DNA from: Candidatus Dormiibacterota bacterium
GTDB taxonomy: Bacteria; Chloroflexota; Dormibacteria; Aeolococcales; Aeolococcaceae
Assembly: GCA_963757475.1 (NCBI GenBank)
Contig: CAVWRW010000002.1
Location: 340,211-404,210 of the forward strand
Length of the DNA: 64,000 bases
Direction of reading: 5' to 3'
A program made the translations under genes and the position numbers. Each line of letters begins with the position of its first letter. Position 1 is the first letter of the stretch. A model generated the notes under the pieces. It saw nothing but the letters and a program-made list of their open reading frames with translations, searched no databases and was not told the origin of the DNA. This document shows positions 12,750 through 24,526 of the stretch, piece by piece.

Positions 12750-15700
12750 TTGCCCCAACTGCGGGCGTGAGAATCCCGCGGACGCCGGCTTCTGCAATGG
12801 CTGCGGCAAAGCGCTGGCGGCAGCGCCTGCACCTCGCGAGCAGCGCAAGACGGTGACCGTGCTCTTCTGCGACGTGACCGGCTCAACCGCGATGGGCGAA
12901 CGGCTCGATCCGGAGAGCCTGCGCCAGGTCATGCGCCGCTATTTCGATGCGGCGCGCACGGTGATCGAGCAGCATGGTGGCACCGTAGAGAAATTCATCG
13001 GCGATGCGGTGATGGCGGTGTTCGGTGTTCCTGTGCTGCACGAGGACGATGCACTTCGTGCGGTGCGCGCCGCGGCGGGGTTGCGTGATGCGCTGACTGC
13101 GCTGAACCCTGAGCTGGAGCGCGATTTCGGGACCACAGTGACCGTTCGAACCGGCGTGAACACCGGTCCGGTGGTCACGGGAACAGAGGAGCGACTCGCC
13201 ACCGGCGACGCCGTCAATGTCGCCGCGCGCCTCGAGCAGGCGGCCGCACCGGGCGAGATCGTGATCGGTCCGGAGACGTGGCGACTGGTGCGCGACGCTG
13301 TCACCGTCGAACCGCTCGCGCCCCTGGATCTCAAGGGCAAGAGCCTGCCAGTCCTGGCGTACCGCCTCCTCGAGATGACCGGGGACGCGCGTGATATGCG
13401 AAGTCGCAGCGATTCGGCAATGGTGGGACGCGCCACCCAGTCGCGAATGCTCGACGACGCGTTCGCCAACGTCATGGACGGCCGTTCCTGCAGTCTGTTC
13501 ACGGTGCTCGGCGCTGCCGGAGTCGGCAAATCACGCCTGACCAACGAGTTCCTCAGTCGCATCGATGTCCTGAAGGTGCAAGGCCGCTGCCTCTCCTACG
13601 GGGAGGGCATCACGTACTGGCCCGTGATCTCGATTGTCAAGCAGGTGCTCGACGCGCCATCCGGTGCTGGAGCGGTAGCGTTGATGGCTCGAGACGTCAC
13701 GGTTGCGACGGCAATCGGGACGTTGCTCGGCGACCTCGCTGTGACCACATCGTCGATCGAGATCGCGTGGGCGGTTCGCAAGCTGCTGGAGGCTGCCGCG
13801 GAAAACAGTCCGCTGGTGGTGGTCTTCGATGACGTGCACTGGGGTGAGCCGACTCTTTTCGATCTGATCGAACACGTCGGCGACTTCAGTCGCGATGCCC
13901 CGATCCTCATCCTCTGTCTCGGCCGTCCCGAATTGCTCGATCGACGCCCGGGATGGGGTGGAGGCAAGCTCAACGCGACCACGGTTCTGCTCGGGCCGCT
14001 CAGCACCGCCGACACGGAAGCCCTGATCGACGAACTCCTTCCCGCGGCGAGCGGCATCCCCGTTGCGCTGCGTGACCGCGTTCGAGCAACCGCGGCCGGC
14101 AATCCACTGTTCGTCGAGGAGATCGTCGCGATGGTGCGCGAATCGACGACCCACGATGTCATCGTGCCGCCGACCATCAAGGCGCTGCTCGCCGCACGGT
14201 TCGACCAGCTGCAACCGGATGAACGCGGCCTTCTCGAGCGTGGATCGATCGAGGGCCAGTCTTTTCACCGCGGTGCCGTCGAGGTCATGGCGCCCGGCGA
14301 GCGCGACGTGGCGGGGCGCCTCATGACGTTGGTGCGCAAGGACCTTCTTCGTCCAGACCGGGCTCTCTTCACAGGCGAGGATGCGTTCGCGTTCCGACAC
14401 CTCTTGATCCGCGACGCGGCGTACAACTCCCTCCCCAAGTCAGAGCGAGCGGACTTGCATGCGCGTTTCGCCGGCTGGCTCGTCACGCATGGCGCCGACG
14501 TCGAGGAGCTCGACGAGATCGCCGGATATCACCTCGAGCAGGCCTTTCGGTATCGCGCCGAGCTGGGACCGGTTGATGAGAAGGCCCGGATGCTCTCGGC
14601 ATCGGCAGCGGCACACCTCCAGTCCGCCGGCCGGCGCGCCCTCGATCGTGGTGACACGGCAGCCGCCGTCAAACTCCTTGAGCGTGCTGACCTGCTCATC
14701 CCCGAGGAGCACATTGAGTTCGCGCTCGAAAAGGCGCTGATCAATGGACTGGGGATGTCTGGCAGGCTCAACGACGCGCTCGCTCGCGCGGATGGGGCTG
14801 CCGAGCAGCGCTCTGCAGCCGGCGACACCGTCCAGGAGATGCAGGCGCGGTTGATCGGAGCGCTCTGGCGAAGGAGTACCGACCCTGAGGCGGGCGACGG
14901 GGACCTGCGCGCACAGCTGGAACGAGCCCGGCCGGTGATCGAGGCATCGGGTGACAACTCCGCCCTGGCATTGCTCGAGATGGTGGCCGGCGAGGAACAG
15001 CGTTACGGCTGCCGGTTTGAGTCAGCGTCGGCATCATTGACCAGCGCGATGGAACACGCGCGGCGAGCAGGCGAGCCGTGGTTGGTCACGTCTGCCCGTA
15101 CGTTCGCGTCCGGTGCCGTTGCAAACGGACCGACACGGTGTGAGGAGGCGCTCGTCTGGCTGGCCCGCGAACGCACCGAGAACGAGGGCTTCCTGCCATC
15201 ACTCGCCCTGTGGGAGGCGTCGACCCTTGCCGAGCGCGGACGGTTCCGAGAGGCGCGCGGGCATTTCACCGCGACGCTCGATCAGCTGCGCGAGCGTGGG
15301 TTGACCACACGCGTCGCCACGGCGATGCAGATCGGTTGGCACATCGAGGTCCTTGCCGGCGACCTGGTTGCGGCGGAGCGTGCAGCGCGACAGGGCGTCG
15401 AACAGCTCGAGCAGTTGGGCGGACTCAGCTGGCTCTCGACCCAGGCGTGCCACCTGGCTGAGGCGCTGTATGCGCTCGGCCGGTTCGATGAGTCGGAGCA
15501 CTGGGTGCTCCGCGGGCTCGAGCTCGGTGGGGCCGGCGATGTCCTGACGCACCTGCTGGGTCTCGAGGTTCGCTCGAAGCTCCTCGCGCGTCGCGGCGAC
15601 TTCAGCGGTGCGCTGACGCTGGCGCATCAGGCCGATGAGTTGGCCGGCACCACCCAGGCGCCGCTGCTGAAGGCCGACGCCGCACTTACGCTGGCCGAGG

Positions 15701-15888
15701 TGCTGTACCTGGCGGGAAATATGGCGGGAGCAGACGAGCAGGCCGCACGCGCCATGGACCACTTCGAGCGCAAAGGCTCCACAGCAGGTGTTGCCCAGGT
15801 GCACCGTGCCGTCGGATCGTGGGATGCGCTGCCGCACGATGTCGCGGCGCGCGACGCACGGGCCGATGCCAGCCCGGAGCTGCGCTGA
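12742..15888 (+). CDS. Zinc-ribbon / class III nucleotidyl cyclase / STAND (AAA, NB-ARC-like) ATPase / TPR-like repeat protein, paralog A
   Basis: Zinc ribbon: MSSCPNCGRENPADAGFCNGCG. Cyclase core: RKTVTVLFCDVTGST, EKFIGDAVMAVFG, GDAVNVAARLE. Walker A is GAAGVGKSRL and Walker B is LVVVFDDVHW. The C-terminal ~450 aa form a helical repeat region. ATG 12742 overlaps the rapZ stop by 8 nt; the alternative ATG 12718 is less consistent with the paralog B N-terminus. Confidence 0.85.
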   Translation: MSSCPNCGRENPADAGFCNGCGKALAAAPAPREQRKTVTVLFCDVTGSTAMGERLDPESLRQVMRRYFDAARTVIEQHGGTVEKFIGDAVMAVFGVPVLHEDDALRAVRAAAGLRDALTALNPELERDFGTTVTVRTGVNTGPVVTGTEERLATGDAVNVAARLEQAAAPGEIVIGPETWRLVRDAVTVEPLAPLDLKGKSLPVLAYRLLEMTGDARDMRSRSDSAMVGRATQSRMLDDAFANVMDGRSCSLFTVLGAAGVGKSRLTNEFLSRIDVLKVQGRCLSYGEGITYWPVISIVKQVLDAPSGAGAVALMARDVTVATAIGTLLGDLAVTTSSIEIAWAVRKLLEAAAENSPLVVVFDDVHWGEPTLFDLIEHVGDFSRDAPILILCLGRPELLDRRPGWGGGKLNATTVLLGPLSTADTEALIDELLPAASGIPVALRDRVRATAAGNPLFVEEIVAMVRESTTHDVIVPPTIKALLAARFDQLQPDERGLLERGSIEGQSFHRGAVEVMAPGERDVAGRLMTLVRKDLLRPDRALFTGEDAFAFRHLLIRDAAYNSLPKSERADLHARFAGWLVTHGADVEELDEIAGYHLEQAFRYRAELGPVDEKARMLSASAAAHLQSAGRRALDRGDTAAAVKLLERADLLIPEEHIEFALEKALINGLGMSGRLNDALARADGAAEQRSAAGDTVQEMQARLIGALWRRSTDPEAGDGDLRAQLERARPVIEASGDNSALALLEMVAGEEQRYGCRFESASASLTSAMEHARRAGEPWLVTSARTFASGAVANGPTRCEEALVWLARERTENEGFLPSLALWEASTLAERGRFREARGHFTATLDQLRERGLTTRVATAMQIGWHIEVLAGDLVAAERAARQGVEQLEQLGGLSWLSTQACHLAEALYALGRFDESEHWVLRGLELGGAGDVLTHLLGLEVRSKLLARRGDFSGALTLAHQADELAGTTQAPLLKADAALTLAEVLYLAGNMAGADEQAARAMDHFERKGSTAGVAQVHRAVGSWDALPHDVAARDARADASPELR
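12832..12935 (+). repeat. 104-nt tract identical to 15978-16081 (inside cyclase paralog A)
   Basis: I compared the two copies base by base: cctcgcgagcagcgcaagacggtgaccgtgctc...gccaggtcatgcg is identical in both. It encodes PREQRKTVTVLFCDVTGSTAMGERLDPESLRQVM. Confidence 0.9.
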
Positions 15889-18800
15889 TGATCATCTGCG
15901 CTGGGTGCGGTCGCGAGAATCCAGAGAACGCGGGGTTCTGCAACGGTTGCGGCGCCCGTCTCGCACCCGTCGCCGCACCTCGCGAGCAGCGCAAGACGGT
16001 GACCGTGCTCTTCTGCGACGTGACCGGCTCAACCGCGATGGGCGAACGGCTCGATCCGGAGAGCCTGCGCCAGGTCATGCGGCGCTATTTCGACACGGCG
16101 CGCACCGTGATCGAGCAGCACGGCGGCACCGTTGAGAAGTTCATCGGCGACGCGGTGATGGCGGTGTTCGGTGTTCCGGTGCTGCATGAAGATGACGCGC
16201 TCCGCGCGGTACGTGCGGCTTGGGGGTTGCGGGATGCACTGACCGGGCTCAACGTCGCGCTCGAACGCGACTATGCGACGACCGTGACGATTCGAACCGG
16301 TGTCAACACGGGTCAAGTGGTGACGGGCACCGAGGAGCGGCTCGCCACGGGGGACGCCGTGAACGTTGCCGCACGCCTCGAGCAGGCCGCGGCGCCGGGT
16401 GACATCGTCATTGGGCCCGAGACGTGGCGATTGGTGCGCGACGCGGTGACCGTGGAGCCACTGGTACCGCTCGAGCTCAAGGGCAAGAGCGTGCCTGTGG
16501 CGGCATACCGTCTCCTCAGCATCGACGTCGACGCGCTCGCGACATCGCGCAAGGTCGAGTCGCGGATGGTGGGACGTGCGACGCCACTACGGATGCTCCG
16601 CGACGCGTTCGCGAATGTCATCGATGGACAGTCGTGCAGCCTGTTCACCATCCTTGGAGCCGCCGGTGTTGGCAAATCGCGCTTGACCAGTGAGTTCCTC
16701 GGAAGCATCGACGCAACGATCCTGCGCGGCCGCTGTCTCTCGTACGGCGAGGGCATCACGTACTGGCCGGTGATCACGATCGTGAAGCAGCTCCTCGACA
16801 TGTCCGGCGGTTCGGTCGCTGCCGAGTTGATGGAGCGCGACGGCAACGTGGCGGCAGCGATCCGGACGTTGCTTGGCGAGCAGGTTGGGGCCACATCGTC
16901 GACCGAGATCGCGTGGGCCGTCCGCAAACTGCTCGAGTGCGCCGCGGACAGTCGTCCGCTCGTCGTCGTTTTCGACGACGTGCACTGGGGCGAGCCAACG
17001 CTCTTCGACCTCATCGAGCACATCGGCGATCTGAGCCGGGGAGTCCCGATCCTCGTGCTCTGTCTGGGCCGAGCGGAGCTGCTGGACCGGCGCCCAGGAT
17101 GGGGCGGCGGCAAGCTGAATGCGACGACGGTGCTGCTCGAGCCGTTGAACGCCAGCGAGACCGAGACGTTGATTGATGAGCTGCTGCCGTCTAATGGCGG
17201 CGTTGATGCTGAGCTTCGAGCCCGGATACGCACCACTGCCGCAGGGAACCCGCTGTTCCTGGAGGAGATCGTCGCCATGGTGCGCGAGTCGAGCAGCCAC
17301 GACGTCATCGTGCCGCCCACCATCAAGGCGTTGCTCGCAGCCCGGTTCGATCAGCTGCAACCGGAGGAACGCGGCGTGCTCGAGCGCGGCTCGGTCGAGG
17401 GTCAGTCCTTTCATCGGGGCGCGGTGGAGGTGATGGCGCCGGACGAGCGCGACGTGGCGGGACAGTTGATGACGCTGGTGCGCAAGGATCTGCTGCGCCC
17501 GGACCGAGCTGTGTTCGCCGGTGAGGATGCGTTCGCATTCCGGCACCTGCTCATCCGCGATGCCGCGTATAACTCGTTGCCGAAAGCGAGCCGAGCCGAG
17601 CTGCACGCCAGCTTCGCCGGATGGCTCGAACGCCGAGGACACGACCTCGAAGAGCTTGACGAGATCGCGGGCTATCACCTCGAGCAGGCGTTCCGTTACC
17701 GCAGCGAGCTCGGTCCAGCGGACGAGCAGACACGGGATCTGGCCGCGGCAGCCGCGGTGCATCTCGAAGCCGCGGGCCGGCGCGCCCTCGACCGCGGCGA
17801 CACGACGGCCGCTGTGAACCTCCTGGAGCGAAGCGAGTCACTTCGGCAGCACCACGACGTCGACATCGCCTTGGAAGAGTCACTGATTCAAGGACTCGCG
17901 ATGGCCGGCAGGCTGACCGAGGCGGTCGCGCGCTCCGAAGCAGCAGCAGCTTCGCTTGCCGCGCGCGGGGATCGCATCGGCCAGCTGCAGATACAGCTGA
18001 TTGGAACGATATGGCGGACCAACCTTGATCCCACCGCGCACGAAGATGACCTTGCGGTGCTCGTGGCCGAAGCTCGGCCGGTGATCGAACGCAGGGGCGA
18101 CGATGGTTCCCTGGCGATGCTCGAACTGGCGGCCTGCTACGTCGATCACTATTACTGCCGTTTTGAGGGGGCGCTGCGCTCGGTCACGCGCTCCATCACC
18201 TACGCCAAAAACGCTGGAAAGCTCTGGCTGGCACGCAACGCTACGGGGATAGCGGCCGCCGCGATCGCCAACGGCCCAACGCCCGTCGCTGAAGCATTGG
18301 TCTGGCTGGAGACGGAGGACGCCGCGAGCTCGATCTATCAGCCATTGAACGCAATCTGGAGGGCGGATCTCCTTGCCTCGACGGGGCGGTTCGACGAGGC
18401 GCGATCCCTGTTCAATGCCACGGTTGAGCAGGTGCGTGAGCGCGGCATGGCGACGCTTGCCGCGATTGTCATGCAGACGGGATGGCGGATCGAGACGCTC
18501 GCCGGTGACGTTGTTGCTGCCGAGCGACTGGCGAGGGTCGGCGTCGAAGAGCTGGATCCACTCGGCGAGCGCGCGTGGCTGTCGACCCAGGAGTGCGAGC
18601 TCAGCGAGGCGTTGTATGCGCTCGGCCGATTCGAGGAAGCAGAGCTGTGGGTGACGCGCGGTCTCGAGCACGGCGGCGCCGGCGATGTCCTGACGCAGTC
18701 GATGGGCTTGCAGCTTCGCGCCAAACTGCTGGCGCGCCGTGGCGAAAGCCGTGCGGCACTCGACCTCGCGGAGCGGGCCGACGAGTTGGCCAGATCCACC

Positions 18801-18989
18801 CAGGCACCGCTCGTGCACGGTGATGCTGCCCTGACCATGGCAGAGATCCTGTTTCTCGCCGGGAGGCCCGCAAACTCGGCAGTTGCGCTCGAGCACGCCA
18901 TCGACTCGTACGAGCAGAAGGGAGCGACCGGATGCGTGATGCACGCGCGCAGACTTCACGCCGCGTGGTCTGCGGGACGCACGGCATGA
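15888..18989 (+). CDS. Zinc-ribbon / class III nucleotidyl cyclase / STAND ATPase / TPR-like repeat protein, paralog B
   Basis: MIICAGCGRENPENAGFCNGCG, followed by the same cyclase, Walker A (GAAGVGKSRL) and Walker B motifs as paralog A. The ATG shares one base with the paralog A stop (TGATG). The N-terminal half is highly similar to A, while the C-terminal repeat region is much more diverged. Confidence 0.85.
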   Translation: MIICAGCGRENPENAGFCNGCGARLAPVAAPREQRKTVTVLFCDVTGSTAMGERLDPESLRQVMRRYFDTARTVIEQHGGTVEKFIGDAVMAVFGVPVLHEDDALRAVRAAWGLRDALTGLNVALERDYATTVTIRTGVNTGQVVTGTEERLATGDAVNVAARLEQAAAPGDIVIGPETWRLVRDAVTVEPLVPLELKGKSVPVAAYRLLSIDVDALATSRKVESRMVGRATPLRMLRDAFANVIDGQSCSLFTILGAAGVGKSRLTSEFLGSIDATILRGRCLSYGEGITYWPVITIVKQLLDMSGGSVAAELMERDGNVAAAIRTLLGEQVGATSSTEIAWAVRKLLECAADSRPLVVVFDDVHWGEPTLFDLIEHIGDLSRGVPILVLCLGRAELLDRRPGWGGGKLNATTVLLEPLNASETETLIDELLPSNGGVDAELRARIRTTAAGNPLFLEEIVAMVRESSSHDVIVPPTIKALLAARFDQLQPEERGVLERGSVEGQSFHRGAVEVMAPDERDVAGQLMTLVRKDLLRPDRAVFAGEDAFAFRHLLIRDAAYNSLPKASRAELHASFAGWLERRGHDLEELDEIAGYHLEQAFRYRSELGPADEQTRDLAAAAAVHLEAAGRRALDRGDTTAAVNLLERSESLRQHHDVDIALEESLIQGLAMAGRLTEAVARSEAAAASLAARGDRIGQLQIQLIGTIWRTNLDPTAHEDDLAVLVAEARPVIERRGDDGSLAMLELAACYVDHYYCRFEGALRSVTRSITYAKNAGKLWLARNATGIAAAAIANGPTPVAEALVWLETEDAASSIYQPLNAIWRADLLASTGRFDEARSLFNATVEQVRERGMATLAAIVMQTGWRIETLAGDVVAAERLARVGVEELDPLGERAWLSTQECELSEALYALGRFEEAELWVTRGLEHGGAGDVLTQSMGLQLRAKLLARRGESRAALDLAERADELARSTQAPLVHGDAALTMAEILFLAGRPANSAVALEHAIDSYEQKGATGCVMHARRLHAAWSAGRTA
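15978..16081 (+). repeat. 104-nt tract identical to 12832-12935 (inside cyclase paralog B)
   Basis: Same comparison as the partner copy. It also explains the duplicated antisense peptide MTWRRLSGSSRSPIAVEPVTSQKSTVTVLRCSRG seen in two minus-strand shadow ORFs. Confidence 0.9.
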
Positions 18990-19023
18990 GTCCGCCAATG
19001 CGATCGTCGCTTTCGAGTTGACC

Positions 19024-20934
<1,911 letters not shown>

Positions 20935-20942
20935 GCGGGCAC

Positions 20943-22154
20943 GTGGCAGCGCTGAACAAGGCGACCATGGACGACATCGACGTCCATGGCAAGCGGGTGC
21001 TGCTGCGCGAGGATCTCAATGTGCCGATGCGCGACGGGCGCCATCGTCGACGATCGCCGGATTCGCGAGGCGATCCCGACCATCGAGGCGCTGCGCGCGC
21101 GGAACGCGCGGATCATCGTCGTGGCCCATCTGGGCCGTCCGAAGGGGAGGATCGATGACAGCCTTCGTCTCGGCGCCGGTCGCCGCGCGTCTGAGCAGCC
21201 TGCTCGGTGCTGACGTGCGGCTCGCTTCGGACGTCGTCGGCGACAGCGCGCAGAGCATGGTGGCGTCGCTTCGCGACGGTGACGTCGGGATGCTCGAGAA
21301 CGTCCGCTTCGAGCCCGGCGAGGAGTCGAACGATCCGGCGTTCGCGCAGCAGCTCGCGGCATTCGCGGACGTCTACGTCAACGATGCCTTCGGCACGGCG
21401 CATCGCGCGCATGCGTCCACCGAGGGCGTCGCGCACCTGCTCCCGGCGGTTGCCGGCAAGCTGATGGCGCGCGAGCTCGAGATGCTCGGCGGCGTCATGG
21501 ACAATCCGCGGACGCCGGTGGTCGCGATCGTCGGGGGATCGAAGATCTCCACGAAGGTCGGCGTGCTCGACCACCTCCTCGATCGCGTCGACGTCCTCTG
21601 GGTCGGCGGCGCCATGGCGTGCACCTTCTATCGAGCGCTCGGTGAGAGCTACGGGAACATCGCTGGTCGAGGAGGACCAGGTGGCAACGGCGCAGCGTTG
21701 CTCGACGGTGCCGCGGGACGGCGTGCCGACCTGCGTCTGCCCGCGACGCCGTCATCGCTGAGCGCGTCGCCGCCGATGCGCCGACGCGGGTGGTTGCGGG
21801 ACACCGAGATCCCCGACGGGTGGATGGTGGTGGACGCCGGTCCCGAGACCGTGGCCCGCATGGCCGACGGACTGCGCGGGCGCCGGGACGATCATCTGGA
21901 ACGGACCGCTCGGCATCTACGAGATCCCCGTCATTCGCTGCCGGCACTCGCGATGTCGCGCGCGCTGTCGCCGCATCTCCGGGGCCTCTCGGTGATCGGC
22001 GGTGGCGACCTTGCGGCGGCCGTGCAGGACGCCGGCGTTGCAGACAAGATCGGCTTTATCAGCACGGGCGGTGGCGCGACCATCGAGTTTCTCGAGGGGA
22101 GAACGCTTCCCGGGCGTGGCCGCGCTCCGCGACCGCGAGGCCGCCCGGCGTTGA
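20943..22154 (+). pseudogene. pgk: Phosphoglycerate kinase, about 10 frame changes as sequenced
   Basis: Pgk segments are scattered over all three frames: [18 protein letters not shown]; [29 protein letters not shown]; [29 protein letters not shown]; [18 protein letters not shown]; [13 protein letters not shown]; [14 protein letters not shown]. Frame changes lie near 21035, 21160, 21658, 21697, 21743, 21797, 21878, 21930, 21985 and 22118. Positions are approximate. Confidence 0.85.
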
Positions 22155-22190
22155 CGGCGGATCGCAGCCGGCGATTCCGGGTTCCGGCCG

Positions 22191-22950
22191 ATGGTGGCCG
22201 GCAACTGGAAGATGAACACGACGGTCGCCGAAGGGACGTCGCGCTGGCCGGCGCGGTCGTTGCCGCAGTTGCCGGCACGAGCGGCGATGTCGAGGTCGCG
22301 GTGTTGCCGCCGTTCACGCATCTCTGGCCGGTGCGTTCGGTCCTCGACGGATCCGGCGTGCTGCTCGGTGCGCAGGACGTGTTCTGGGAGGACAAGGGCG
22401 CTTACACCGGGGAGGTCTCTCCGTCGATGCTCGAGGGATGGTGCGACTCGCGCTCGTCGGCCACTCCGAGCGCCGGCACATCTTTGGTGAGCGCGACGAC
22501 GAGGTGGCCAGGAAGTTCAGTCGCCGCGCATGCGCCACGGGCTGCAGCGTGATCCTCGCCGTGGGGGAGACGAGTGACGAACGCGACGCTGATGCAGACC
22601 TTCGAGGTGGTCGATCGCCAGCTCGACGCTGTGTTCGCGACGCTCGACAGCCCGCCCGCGCCGAGACGTTCGTGATCGCGTACGAGCCGGTCTGGGCGAT
22701 CGGTACAGGGCGTACAGCCACCCCGGAGCAGGCGCAGGAGGTCACCGCGCACATCAAGGCGCACCTCTGCGCCGAGATTCGTGACGGCGCCGCCGAGCGT
22801 GCTCTACGGCGGCAGCGTCACCGCCGCAAACGCCGCGTCGCTCTTCGCCGAGCAGGACATCGACGGCGCGCTGGTGGGCGGCGCGAGCCTGCGTGCCGAG
22901 GAGTTCGCGGCCATCGTCGCCGCGGCCGCAGCGTCGATGCCGCGTCGTGA
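22191..22950 (+). pseudogene. tpiA: Triosephosphate isomerase, multiple frameshifts as sequenced
   Basis: MVAGNWKMN (frame 3); [32 protein letters not shown] (frame 2); [13 protein letters not shown], ..[25 protein letters not shown] (frame 1); [24 protein letters not shown] (frame 2). The 3' end is uncertain. Confidence 0.8.
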
Positions 22951-22970
22951 CGCCCGCGCAGTCCACCCCA

Positions 22971-24517
22971 GTGAGCGCGGTGCGGCCGTTCGTGCTCGTC
23001 ATCCTCGACGGCTGGGGATGCAACGCCGATCCCTACGGCAACGCGATCGCCGCGGCGCGCACACCGGAGCTCGACGACACTCGAGGCGCGCTGGCCGCAC
23101 ACCGAGGTCGACGCGAGCGGGGAGGCGGTGGGGCTCCCGCCGGGCAGCAGGGGAACTCAGAGGTCGGCCATCTCACCATCGGCGCCGGACGGCTCGTCTA
23201 TCAGCCGCTGTCGCGCATCAACCGCGCCATCGCCGATGGGAGCTTCTACGAGAACGTCGGCTCGTGCGCCGCAGTCGACCGGGCACGCGATCGCGGCGCG
23301 GCGGTGCACTGCCTCGGGCTCATCTCCCCCGGCGGCGTGCACAGCCACCAGGATCACGCCGTGGCGCTCGCCGAACTTGCGCGTCGCCGGGGGCTGCATT
23401 CGCTGTGGTTCCACGCGTTTCTCGATGGGCGTGACGAGCCGCCGACGAGCGCGGCGGCGTTCGTTCGCAAGCTTCATCGACGACATCGAGCGCGTCGGCA
23501 GTCGGTGCGGTGGCGTCCGTTTCCGGTCGGTACTACGCCATGGACCGCGACCACCGCTGGGACCGGACGGAGCGCGCCTACGAGGTCATCGTCGGTGCCG
23601 GCGGCGCCGTCGGCGGTGGACGCTGTCGCCGTACATCGAGCAGCAGTATGCCGAGGGCGTCACCGACGAATTCGTCGCTCCTGCATCGATCCTCCAGGAC
23701 GGACGCCGCATCCGCATCGAGGACGGCGAACTCGATCATCTTCTTCAACTTCCGCCCCGATCGGGCACGCCAGTTGAGCCATGCGCTCGTTGACCGGACG
23801 TTCGACGGCTTTGCGAGGTCGCGCGTGCTCGACGACGTCGAGCTCGTCACGTTCACCGAGTACGAGCGCGATCTCGACGCGCAGGTCGCATTCCCGCGCG
23901 ACGACGTCGCGCACACGCTGGCGGAGGAGGTGAGCGCCGCCGGATCTGCGAGCAGTTTCATGTCGCGGAGACCGAGAAGTACGCGCATGTCACCTACTTC
24001 ATCAACGGCGGCCGCGAAGACGCCGTTCGACGGTGAGGAGCGGCTGCTGATCCCGTCGCCGCGCGTCGCGACCTACGACCTCGCGCCGGAGATGAGCGCC
24101 GCGCGGCGTCGCAGATGCTGTCATTGCGCACGTCGAGAAGGGCGACGGACGCGCTCATCATCGCCAACTTCGCCAACGCCGACATGGTCGGCCACACCGG
24201 CGACTTCGACGCCACGGTGCGCGCCGTCGCATGCGTCGACACGTGCATCGGGCGCATCGCGCACGCGGTCGAGGTGGCGCATGGCGGACTGCTCATCACG
24301 GCCGACCACGGCAACGCCGAGTACAAGATCGATCGTCGCGACGGATCAATCCTCACCGCGCACACGACGAGCCCAGTCCCTGTGCTCGTTGCAGGAGCCG
24401 GCGACGGACCCATGCGTGACGGCGGCGGGCTCCGCGACATCGCGCCGACCGTGCTCGACGCGATGGGATTGCCCGTCCCTGGTGAGATGACCGGGCGCTC
24501 CTTGCTGCGTCCGCTGA
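22971..24517 (+). pseudogene. gpmI: 2,3-bisphosphoglycerate-independent phosphoglycerate mutase, about 10 frame changes as sequenced
   Basis: Family segments appear in all frames: [12 protein letters not shown]; [14 protein letters not shown]; [12 protein letters not shown]; SVSGRYYAMDRDHRWDR; IIFFNFRPDRARQL; ETEKYAHVTYFINGG; ANFANADMVGHTGDF; LITADHGNAE. The 3' end is uncertain (a stop at 24517 or 24572, depending on frame). Confidence 0.8.
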
Positions 24518-24526
24518 CGCCGCCCG

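Noticed and set aside
11352-12932. A 526-aa minus-strand ORF, plus similar long antisense ORFs: 289-1290(-), 2182-3621(-), 17880-19229(-), 25235-26479(+), 35252-36661(+), 39460-41022(+), 44156-45742(-), 53285-54556(-), 62094-63710(+).
   Set aside because: Their translations are Arg/Ala/Pro/Gly-rich and low in complexity, typical of shadow ORFs in GC-rich DNA. Each lies opposite a gene with clear family motifs.
15686-16078. The peptide MTWRRLSGSSRSPIAVEPVTSQKSTVTVLRCSRG recurs at the start of two minus-strand ORFs (also 11352-12932). It looked like a repeated small gene or mobile-element end.
   Set aside because: It is the antisense translation of the 104-nt tract that is identical in the two plus-strand cyclase paralogs. 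It is not an independent element.
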